NCBI GenBank assembly: GCA_030264375.1
Contig: JASCQW010000027.1
Span: 63,321,372-63,385,371 of the forward strand
Length of the DNA stretch: 64,000 nucleotides
DNA from: Carcharhinus longimanus
Taxonomy: Eukaryota
Reading direction: 5' to 3'
The first letter of the stretch is position 1. Each line of letters starts with the position of its first letter. Position numbers and translations under genes: made by a program. The notes beneath the pieces were generated by a model. It did not search any database. It was not told the DNA's origin and saw only the letters and a program-made list of their open reading frames with translations. Of this stretch, positions 13,601 through 25,600 are shown in pieces.

Positions 13601-16600
13601 CAGCAGCAACTCACNNNNNNNNNNNNNNNNNNNNNNNNNNNNNNNNNNNNNNNNNNNNNNNNNNNNNNNNNNNNNNNNNNNNNNNNNNNNNNNNNNNNNN
13701 NNNNNNNNNCTGATGGGCTGTGCCAAGGTGCCTAGTGGGCATTGCCAAGCTGCCAGGCTGAAGGTGTCAAGGTGCTATGTTGGCACTGCCAGGTTGGAAC
13801 TGCCCATAGTACACCCCCTTGTATTCAGCCTCCCTGGAGGCCTTAATGGCCTCTGCTTCTACAAGTGATGCCAACATGACTGTTCTCCATTCATGAGGAG
13901 CAGGTGATTTCCACGTCGGAAAGAAACTCTGGTGGTGAAGCCATAAAGACAAGTGAGCCCAGAAGATGCAGTTTGCACATTCTCCCCGGGTCTGCATGGA
14001 TTTCCTCCGGGCTCTCTGGTTTCCTCCCACAGTCCAAAGATGTGCAGGTTAGGTGCATTGGCCACGCTAAATTGCCCCTTAGTGTCCCGGGATGTGTAGG
14101 TTAGAGGGATTAGCAGGGTAAATATGTGAGGTACAGGGATGGGGCCTAGGTGGGATTGTTGTTGATGCAGACCCGATAGACCAAATGGCCTCCTTCTGTA
14201 CTGTAAGGACTCTGTAATTGAGCGCTGGCCTCATGTATGCTGTGTAAATCAACCTATACAATATTGAAATAATTTATTGTGCCTCTCGCTGGAAATGGAT
14301 GAGAGGCTGACCTTGTTGGAAATCTGATTCTGATAAGATTAGGAGAGCCAAAAAATCGGGCACGATTCTGATTTCTCAGCTCTCTCACAATTTTACTGGC
14401 GCATTCCGCCCACTTATGGACAAAACAAACCAGTATAATTTGTTAGATAGGACCAGATAGGCTCTCTCCTTCCATTCCGTCAAGGACAACTGTCAAACAT
14501 CTCAGAAATTAGACTCTATGATACTTTGGAAAACCATTTGGGGAAGGATAGGACAAATTCAATCTTTATACTTTTAAGAGCGCTTATTTGCAGAGATACA
14601 CATTACGAATATGCATCTCCTAACCCAACCACTGCAGCACAAATGAATCCCCAGTTGATGCACACCACCTGCAAGCAATCTAATATCATTAATACAGTTA
14701 ACAGATTTCTTCCTCTCTTTAAATAAAAGTTAGTTTATATGTGCGATCAAAATTTCGAAACAAATTTAATGAAAGACCTCAATATTCTGTTCAAAGCATT
14801 ACATTGTGAGATATCCGCTGCTGACTTGTAAAATTACCTCAGTTAGTTTAATTCCAAAATCTAGTGATGAGAGCATAAAATGTTGGAAACACTCAGCTTC
14901 TGTTGGAAAAGAAAAACATAGGAGTAGCATTTCAAGATGACAACCTTTTGTCGGAATCCTTTCCATCAGTTCTGATAAAAGATCATCGCATCTAAATTGT
15001 TGACCTGATAATTCCATTTTCACAGATGCTACCTCAGCTGCTGAATGTTCCCAGAACTTTCTCTTTCTATTCCAGATTTTCAGCTCCACAGGGTTTTGTT
15101 TTATCCAGCAACCAAGTGACATTAGTGCTACTTACATTTCCTCCAAGTTAAATTCTAGCAGTTGAGACGGTTGGAGAAATAACCTTTCACAGAATTTAAA
15201 TATGCAACTTTCAAAATTTACCAAGAAATTATGTTGGCAGAATCTGTGGAATTGTATGTTATCAGATGGCCATTTCTCTTGACACAGTAGTGTATGATAT
15301 GGTGTTAAAGAGGGAGGAAAATAATCCAAATTGTAAAGATACTTGTTTGGATCATATTCTAATGAAAAAGACTTATTCTCTGAGACACCTGTAATGAATA
15401 TTTGAAACAATGGTAAATTTATCTTGTTTATAGGGTATATTAGTAGAGAAATCTTGCATTGACTGTGAAAATCTCTCACTTTATGCAAAAGTATTCTGCA
15501 AAACAAAAAGTAGGTTGATTCCAAACTATCTTTTAACTGATTGACTACTAAAAAAGATGAATGAAAAAAAATCATTGATTAATCTTGTAGAATAACAAAA
15601 ATTATGAAAAAGCCTTGTTTCCAAAAGAATATAGAATAAACTCATCACATTTTAGGATACAAAAGCAAAATAGCACAGATGCTGGAAATCTGAAATAGTA
15701 AAAAGAAATGAGAACTCAAGAAAAACCTAGCAACACCAATGGAGAAAGGTCTGATGAAAGGTCACAGATCTGAAAAGTTAACTCTCTTTCACTCTCTACG
15801 AATGTTGCTTAGTATTTTCAGCATCTTCAGTTTATGTTTCAGGAAATTTTGATTTTCTAATAACTATTTAGAAATCATATTAACATAATCATTTTGTTTT
15901 CCTTTTGCACTTTTTTTGAATCCAGTATGAAGGCCAGGTAAGGAGTGTTTCAGTGCATGTCTTTTTCAGTGCATCATGTTGATATTTGCAATTGAGGTGC
16001 TTGATTTTGTTGCAATTGCTGTTCTTCACTTTTTGTGAAGCTCGTATTTCATATCCTTTATGCCATAGGTTGCAAGCTTTATGCCTGCTAGCCAGTCAAA
16101 CTGCTTATTGCTGTTGCACCCTGGCAAACAATGCAACTCAAATGTTATAATACCAGTATGCTTGTGCAAAACAGACTGATGCTATTTTTAAATGACTCAT
16201 ATTTGGGAAGGAAGTGCGATGTGATCATTGAGTATTGGTAAAATCTGCCCACCTGTTCTAATAAGGTGGTATGTGCATAATGCACTGACGATGTTTACAG
16301 AACACACAGGTATAAGTTCCAATTTTAGTTTGTAATCTGTAAACCAGAAATTAAGAAAAGATTAGCTACAGTTGAAGGCATGGCACTTTGCAAGGTATGA
16401 TTCTGAATTTGGTGTCATGAAAGACGGCATATTATTAACTTCTTATAGATTGCTTCAGAACTTCAAATGAATTGGTTGTTTATTGATCCACTCATAGATG
16501 AGAGTTTGATCTGAGGAGTGATTTCTGATTCTGAGATAAGATATAGGGGCCAGTAATACAATAATTATTTGTGATATCTCGAAGACAATGCATTACACAT

Positions 16601-19600
16601 TGGAATTTTCCCATCTCGTCTATCATGGGAATCATAGTGGGTGGGACACAGATCATGCAAAGGTCCGTTGACCTTGGGTGGAATTTTCCAACTTTGGGGT
16701 GAGCATGGCTAGAAAACCCTGCCCATTGTGTGTCCTCATGTCACTTTGGTTCTTTTGTCATTCACCTTAAATTGGTGTTCTAGGCTTTCTGCCAGTGGGA
16801 ACTACTTTTCATATCTACTCTGTCTACTCATCATGATTTTAAACACTTCTATCATTTCCTCTTAAGATTCAGCAGGAATTCAATGATTCTAAGGGAATGG
16901 CCCTCATTTCTTCATTCTGTCTGCATAATTGAAATCCATGTTCCTGGTTTGTACTCTAAAACTTTTACATCCTCACAAAAGTATTATCCCCAGAATGGGA
17001 CACAGTCCTCCAATTGAGGTCAAACCAATGTTTTATAAACACTATAACTTCCTTGCTTTTGTACTGTATGCCTCTACGAACTCTCATTAACCACTATCTC
17101 AACTTACCCTGGCATTTTCAATTGTTTGTGCACATATGCCCCAGATCCTTCTGCACCTATCCCCCCTCCTCTATTTTATGTTGTTTCCCCTCATTCTTCC
17201 CACCAAAATGCTTTACTTTACACAGGGAAGATAACCATAAGCTTGGTCAAAGAAGTGGGTTTTAAGAAGGACAGGGAGGCAGAGAAGTTCAGGAGGGTTT
17301 TTGAGAGCTTCAAGCCAAGCAGCTGAAGGCATGACCACTGGTGGTGAAGTACCTTCTGCTCCTCCTGGCCCATAAGGAAACCCAATAATATATCTTTACA
17401 CTTGCCTTGTTGGACCTCTTGTGACAAACACTCTGGTTTTGCCAAGGGGAAAGCCATCACTGCTGTCCCATACAATGTTTTAAGTAAAATTACAGATTGG
17501 GTCCTAATGGCTTCATCAGACACCATTGTTTTTTTTGAGATGACCCATGTGCCTTTCTTATAGGTGTCCCTCTCGCTTGCTCAAAAGAATAGGTTAAGAT
17601 CAAGACATGGCAGAATGGTATTGGAATTAGAGAGGTTAATTGGCTTAACCCAATGGTAACTGATATCTGATTGGTTTCTATTTGGTGGAAGTGTTCAAAA
17701 TGGTGCCTGTGGTTCATCAGGGAAGCTGTGAGACATTATATAGTCTTCTGCAGCAGAACATAGACTCTGAAGGAGCAATTCTTGAAGTGATTCTATCAAG
17801 GTGTCAGCTACTTTGAATTTTCCTGCCTCTCAGCTCTTCCAAACAACAGCAGGAGATATCTTTCAGATCTCTCAGCTGAATCATGCAGATAACAGATGCA
17901 TTGTTTTCCCGGACCAGTGATTTAATTAACTTCTTATGGAAACCGGCCAACTAAGAAAGCAGATCTGTACTTTTACCATCTGCTTTCCACCATCACCAGC
18001 TCTCTCAACAAAAAACAGATTATCAATGGCACACATAGACCCCTCACTCACTATGGAACAGAAAAGGGTTCCAATTACTTAATATACTGCTGTGACCTTA
18101 GATACAAAATCACAAGTTAATGTCCACCACCCTGGTTGTTGTCAGGATTCTTTTTTGCAGCAGAAATGCATGGAGTCATCATTCTTCAAAGGGTAGGAAG
18201 AACTGATTTTATTCTTCTGTGGGATTTGAGCATCACTGGCAAGGCAAGCATTTGTTGCCCAATAAATTGCCCTTAAGAAGATGATGGTAAGCTGCCACCA
18301 TTAACTGCTGTAGTCCACCTGGTGTAGGGTCACCTACACTACTGTTGTGGAGGGAGTTCCAGGATTTTGGCACAGTGACAATGAAGGAACGTTAATATAA
18401 TTCCAAGTCAGGGTGATGGAATGGCTGTTTGGATATCAAGACTGAGTTTATGATCCCTTTGAAACATTCTTGCAGAAGACAAAATAAGTATATAGTGAAG
18501 CACATGCAACCACTCAGGTTGTGATTGAGCAAACTATCATGATGTTAAAGTAAACTATCTGATGTCTTGACTGTTTATAGCAGAGCCTGTCTAAGGTATC
18601 TAAAATTATTGTAAACTGCTGTCTCTTATGCCACTTCTTCTCATAAAGGGATTTTTCTATAGAGCAGGTTGAAGAAGAGAGCTAGCTTCAACTAAGAGAA
18701 CAATGAACAGGAACAAGAAGCAATGTCCCCAGAAGGAAATTACATAAAATGTACAGTGCAAAACAAGCCATTCAGCCCTATTATTCCATTTGTAGGCTGT
18801 TGATCCACAGGACCCCACCCCTCCAACCCCTTTCTATTTAACCCTATCAGCAAAGCCTTTTATTCATTTTTCCTTCATGTATTTATAGACTTAAATAAGT
18901 TTACGCTATTTGCTTCAACTGCTCCTTATGGGATTAAGTTCCACATTTTCACCCACCTTTGGATAAAGAAGTTTCTCTTGAACTCCCTATTAGATTTATT
19001 AGTAACCATACCATATTGACTCACCAAGAGATTTAAGTCAGCATTTAATGGAAACATGCGTGTATCATCCATGGCACAATGATCACCTGCATGTGTGCCC
19101 AATATCTTATTAAAACACAGAATTCCTGCAAAATATTCAAACTTACATCAAGATTACGAATAACTGTTCAGTTTTCCATAAGAATTATAATCACTCCATC
19201 CTAAAGGAATCTCACGACATATTACTACAGCTGTTATATCATAATTCATTCATCATAACAATGAATCTCCTATTTATAACCAAGCGCTCCTTCTAAATGT
19301 TTCCATAGTGGGTTAAAGAAGTAAGGAGAAATATTTTTGTCAGTTTAATGATATATTAATATCTCTTTTATCACCAATGTTTTTATTTTATTTCTTGAAC
19401 ATTATTTCAGTAAAGTGTCTACTATTTTAGAAAAAGCGCTGACAAACTTAAATTGAATTTTGTTTATATATATTACAGGCCTGAAGTCAATTTAAAGAAA
19501 TATAGTGGCTGTCTCAGAGATATAGAAATTTCACAGTCGCCATATAATTTGTTGAGTGGTGCAGATTATCTGGGATTAACAAAAGGCTGCATATTGGAGG

Positions 19601-22600
19601 TTTGATATCTAAAACTTTATGATATTGTACATTTTATAGCAACTTGCTTTGTTTTTAAAACATTGGATTTTGACACTATACAATACATACTCATGTTTTT
19701 GAGGTTGTCTGTGTTTTGCGTGATGTTCACTACTGTGCTCTTCTTGATAGAATGTCTACACTGTTAGCTTCCATAAACCTGGATTTGTCGAGCTTCAGCC
19801 ACACTCACTGAACATTGGTACAGAAATATCTTTTTCCTTCAGTACAAAAAATGAGACTGGAATGATACTTTATGGAAGTGGAAAAGCTTCAGCTCAAATC
19901 AGGAGAAAACGCCGCCAAACTGGACAGGTGTTGCTGACTATAAATTATTTTGTTGTATTGCTCGCTTTTACAAGTTTTGGGTAGTAATTTTATGCTCCTC
20001 GGCATTTAATATTTACATATTGAAGCAGTGTAAATAATAGACATGTGAAATACTAAGTATGTTAAGTATTTGTGTTATTCTGATTAAGTATACAGAATTT
20101 TAAAACATTCTCATCCTCTGTTCGGTATCTGTTATTCATTATTTTCAAAGACATCTAACTTCCAGTGGTATCCCTATAACCAAGAAAACCCAACAAATAA
20201 CTTGCTGTAGGAAATTATATTTTGTATCATGTTTATTTTAAAATGCTCTTTGTTATAAGCAATGGGTCACTGCCAATAATGTCAATGTGGTCTGCACTGT
20301 AAGTTTGTGCTTGAACTTTGTGATTTATACAAACAGGTATATTATGCAGTTTTCCTAAACAGAGGACGTTTGGAAGTACATATTAGTACTGGCATGCGGG
20401 AACATCGGCGCGTCACAATCAAACCAGAATCTGGAGTGTACAATGATGGAAAGGAACATAGTGTTAGACTGCAAAGATCTAAAGGGTATGATGGTTTCTA
20501 AATGGTTTACCCATGCCTCAGACTGAATTTTCACATTTTATTGTGCGTACTGATATCTTCACTGTTAACAAAAGTTTGTAAATTCACCCAGTGAGCCTGC
20601 CATTGAAATTTAGCAGGCTAGTCAAGTAATGTGCTTTGTATAAATTAATCACTATTAAATTTGGATAAAATGAGAGGACAGTGCTTAGATCTTGCTCTCT
20701 CCCCTCGTGCAGTTTGCAGTGTGAATGTTGAACAGAAACTCCATTTGATTTAAACTCCCTGATGCTAATCCTTATTTCTCTGATGTTGGAGATTCTGACG
20801 TCACTAACTACCTGAGTACTATGCACCCATAGCTGCCCCAGCTGACAACTATGTGCCCCACTGCTGTCTCAGTTCACTAGTGTACCTGCAATGCTGTCCA
20901 GCTGACTGCTAAGTACCCCCAATTAAGTCCCAGCTGCCTGCAATGTGCCATAACGTTGTCCTGGCAGTTTACTATGTATTGTAGTGCTGTCCTAGGTGAT
21001 TATCATGTACCCCCATGCTCCCCTGCCTGATTATTATGTATCTGTCCTTTATTTCATTACAGCAACTAAAACTGAACTTAGCAGCTATCTGGGAAGGACA
21101 CAGTTAACACATTTATAAACCTGAGGAAATCTTCCTCCTCATTTGTATGAATTTAACATAATCCCTTATGTGCAATTTTTGTTGGAATATACAGTTCAGC
21201 ATGTATTTTAATTATTTCTATTGTCTTGTATTTAAAAGTCTTAAATATGCCGATAACATGAGGTTCTTTCTGTTGTCAGGTTGCTCATAGTGCAAGTGAA
21301 TGAAGAAAGAGCTCAAAGACAACGGCTACCCAGTGATCTTCCTCTCAACATTAAAAGGCTGTTTGTAGGAGGTGTTCCTGTCTCATTCCAAGTCAGTCAG
21401 TTAAGAAGCATCACACATTTTGAAGGATGTATATGGAACTTAGTGATTAATTCAGTGTAAGTAAGACTCCAAAAAAAAATTGGAGAAAGGGAAGAATTAA
21501 TAGGGTTATTTCTAAATCAGCTACTCCAAGTCAGTGCGTGTTACAAAAGAACGTAGTTGAACATGAAACCAAGTTAAGATTCAGGGCAGCCATCCATACA
21601 TTTTCATTCATTAAAACTGGAGAGAAAGTCACAGGCAGTGGGCTCATGATTTCGTAGCATGTGATATTTTAAACTGTTCAACTGGTAAATTACCCTTATA
21701 ACAAAATCCTGAAATTAATTGAATGGAGCACATTTCTCTATGGAGATTGACTTAGCAATTCCTGTGCCCATTAATGTAATGTATTAATTCTCTTTGTAAA
21801 ATGTTTGCTTTCATGTTAAATTATTTTATCCATTGAATATACTTCCACCAATATAGTCTCGGATGTAGTTTGCTTTCACCGCACACATCATGCTGAATTA
21901 CATGCGAATGTTACAATGTCAACACTAGGATTACCAGAGCAATTTTGCAGAAGAATGTCAATTTTAAAACACTTGGACTGAATTTTCATTTTTTTTTTCT
22001 GTACATCTGGCAGAGGAGCTGCAGAAATTCCACAAAAGGTGGAGACAGTGGTTGCTGTGTTTCATAATTTCCACAGCTATTCCACAAAGTCACAGACAAT
22101 GAGTGAGAAAACTCTAAAGAACTCCATCCCTTTTTAATTCTACTCAAGCTGCCGCCCCTATTGTCTCCTGTTCTTTAGAGTCAATGGGTGGATTTTCCAG
22201 CCCTTTCCACCAGCAGTCTAGCCGAACCACACAAAATGTTGTAGACATCAGCAGGACTGGAAGATCCTGCTGGGTGCCAGTGGATCTGTCGCTGAAAAAA
22301 ATGCCACGGGGGGAATCCGACCCTTATATCTATTTTTATCTATATCTAATCTGTCATCATTTATTATTTATTTTTTCCTGGGAAAAAAACTTTAAAACCT
22401 TTGTTTATTTTGTCTTTCTCCCCCTATCCTTCGAATTTGTAATAAGTTTGTGTTGGTTGAAAACTGTACAGTTCCTAATCCAGGGAGAAGTTAAGATATT
22501 GAATGAAACCTGCGGTAGGAGGTTCACTGCCACTGGGATCGGACAATCCCAACGGCTTGAACGGCGAAAGATTTCCCCCTGATGTCTTATTATCTGGCTC

Positions 22601-25600
22601 TCCAGAGATGCTGCCAGACCTGCAGAGTATTTTAAGCATTTTCTGATTTCATTTCACTTTCCTTTGTAAATAGTTGTTCATTTCTTACAGTGCTGCATAT
22701 AGTACGATTTACATCAGTCATGCAATTATTCTTCCACCTATTTGTTACCTTCTTTTTTAGACCACTGGATTTTGCCCAACCAGTATCCTTTGAACATGCA
22801 GACATTGGAAGGTGCCCGACCCTAAAACATTCAAAACGACCTCCTGATGAGGAGACTGAGACAGCTGAAATCACAGTCAAACCTATCACTGAATTGAAAA
22901 TAATTCCTACTCCTGCTCCAGTAAGTTCCTTCTTTTTCCAAATTAGCATAAATTGTATGAAGCATTAATGAAAGTTCCGCCCACTTCTAAATCAAAGAGA
23001 ATTGATTGATCATATTTGAACTTAATAGGTAATCTCATGAATTTCTGCTTTCTTGATAGCAGCATTAAGTGCAAATAGAGATGAACTCAGCCTATTAAAA
23101 GATCTGAAAATCATGCTGCCTGCATACAGATTTCAGGAATTGCATTGACGAAGTCAAGGCTCCTGACTGGCATCAGGAACCCTAAAGTTCTCCTGTAATG
23201 ATGCCTTTCTGGGAGATCAAATTCAATAAATGCTGCTTTAACTCTGGAAATCAATAATATAAATCACACAGTGCTTGATATAATGGAGCCTCAAGTCTCA
23301 ATTATAATGGCAAATATTTTCTAACTTAGTCATTGGCACCAACTGAAAATTCTCACAGATCAAAAGACAAAATACTATTTTTAACAGGTTATAAAAATTG
23401 CTTACACTATTGCGAATTGCCTCTTTATACTGCTATTGTGTATCAATTCCAACCAAAATATTTATGTCAGTAAAATACCACATTTTATTTCCTCTGCAGC
23501 ATGAGTGGCCAATGAAACATTTATTTCACTATTGTTAGTTAAATGACTTCATAGAAGCAAAAGTATGATGTGGGACACTTATGGCATAACATTGGTGGAA
23601 ATGTGTTTGGGTTCCTAATATTTTGTTTTTTACGGACAAGTTGGCAACTACTTTCTCTGTTATCACCATCTACCATCAGGATTTGTTAGGGGATCATAAA
23701 CATTTTGAGGAGATTGGAAAAATAGGAAGCACACACTGGATATATTAACATTCCTTTCTTATTGGTTGAAATTGCCTACTTTTGTAAAATGTAGGTAATT
23801 ACAATTGCCTAAATTGGTTTGGTCGTGCTCTCTTGACCTCGCCCTCAGGATCCTCCTGAATAGCTCAGTTGCCAGTGGAAGTGCAATATTTAGAGTTAGG
23901 TATGGTTGCAGCACATTTAAGGGGAAGTTGAATGAACATATGAGAAAGAAACAAATTGTAGATTATGCTGTTCGGGTTAGATGAGGGATAGGAGGAAGCT
24001 TGTGTGGAGCATAAAGATAAAGTCGCTATCGTAGTCCCAAATGGTAGGCTGGGAGAGGAAGAGCTGACTGGTGATGACTTTAATCTGAGGGTCACCTCAC
24101 CTCAGGAAAGGGGCAAGATTGAGAAGGCAGGGCCTTCATGAATAACCTCAGCTGGTACGGGAATTGAACCCATGCTATTGCTGTTACTCTGCATCACAAA
24201 CCAGCTGCCCAGCCAACTGAGGTAAACTGACCCTCAGTGGGAGAAAACATCACAGAGCTTGTCCAGGATTTGTACCCAGGACCTCTTTCAAACTTGTAGA
24301 TGGCATCACCCAAAGCAAAAGTTATACCCTTAACCCAGCAAGCCACCACTAAGCATACAGCAGCATGGTCTGGTTGGGCTGTATCATTTTTTTCTGCGGG
24401 CTTTTATATGTAGTTCAGCATTTTTGATTAATAATAATAACATGGATTATCAAATTTAAAATATATTGAGCTTATTGAGACCATTATAATTTGCCTTTTC
24501 AATATTTTCAGTTATACATTAGTTACTAATGCAAGAGTCCAGCATCAGAATGTTATTCTAATGGAGCTCAATTTAATTCATTATTATCAATAAGGCTTCT
24601 GATATGTGCAGCATTAACAGCATTTTAAAATCCTTTACTGGAATTGGCTGATATATGATCTTATTCTTTGCTTCAATTGCTAACATATTTTACTTGCATT
24701 TGCTGCTTCTTAGGATGTGCATCTCTCTGAACTGCGGAACAGCAAGCTTGCTACTGACCATGGCCCCATTCTGGTATCTTTTGTCATCCAATAACTATGT
24801 TTAAGTAGATTTCATAATCTTTAGGAAATGTTCATGTGACCTTCTATTCCCCATTCCTTAAAAATCATTGTTCTCAAACAAGTTCCTTTTAATCATTTTA
24901 CAAAATGTCCAAACATTGAAGTCTTCATTTAAAAAGAAAGATCAATTTGGACTTTTACTGGTTCATTACAGAAAAATCTAAAATCACTAACAGATGGGAA
25001 AGCGTTCAGAATGAAAGCTTTTCGTTTCTTGCACTATGTCAAATAGATTGGAATAAAATAGAATTTTTATACGTTTTTATATAATTGGCCATGGAACGAT
25101 AGAGTATATAGGTGGCCATATGCTTTGAAAGGGTTATCCAGTTCATCCCACTCCTTGCTCTTAGCTGTGCAAGATTTTCTCCTTACTTTTTGCAAGTTAT
25201 TATTGAAGTTGCTGCCATCATTCTTTCAGATAATACATTCCAAATCAAAACAACTCTCTGTGTAAAAAAAGCTGTTCATCTTTTCTTTGATTCTTTGCCA
25301 ATTATCTTATATCTCTGGTTACCTACATTTCTGCCAGTGGATAGAATCTTCTCAGACCCACAGACATACATTTAAAGGCAAGACCAATTTGCAGATTAGG
25401 GTGTATTTCCTCCTCCAGGAAATCATGCATGGACAATGGAAGTGACTACCCATTCATCAGCTGCAGTAGCCAATAATTAGCAATTAGGAGAACAGTGGGG
25501 AATGAGGAGGACTCTGTCAGGACCTTCCCAGCTTCAGAGCAGCCTCCCACTGAATGCTGAGCCCTGTAGCTCTGTGGAGGTGAACGCCTGGCTACAGGCC

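Noticed and set aside
20808-21045. Regularly spaced ~31-bp repeats (also 43973-44060) as a CRISPR-like array
   Set aside because: Units are head-to-tail with no unique spacers, in a vertebrate locus with no cas genes.
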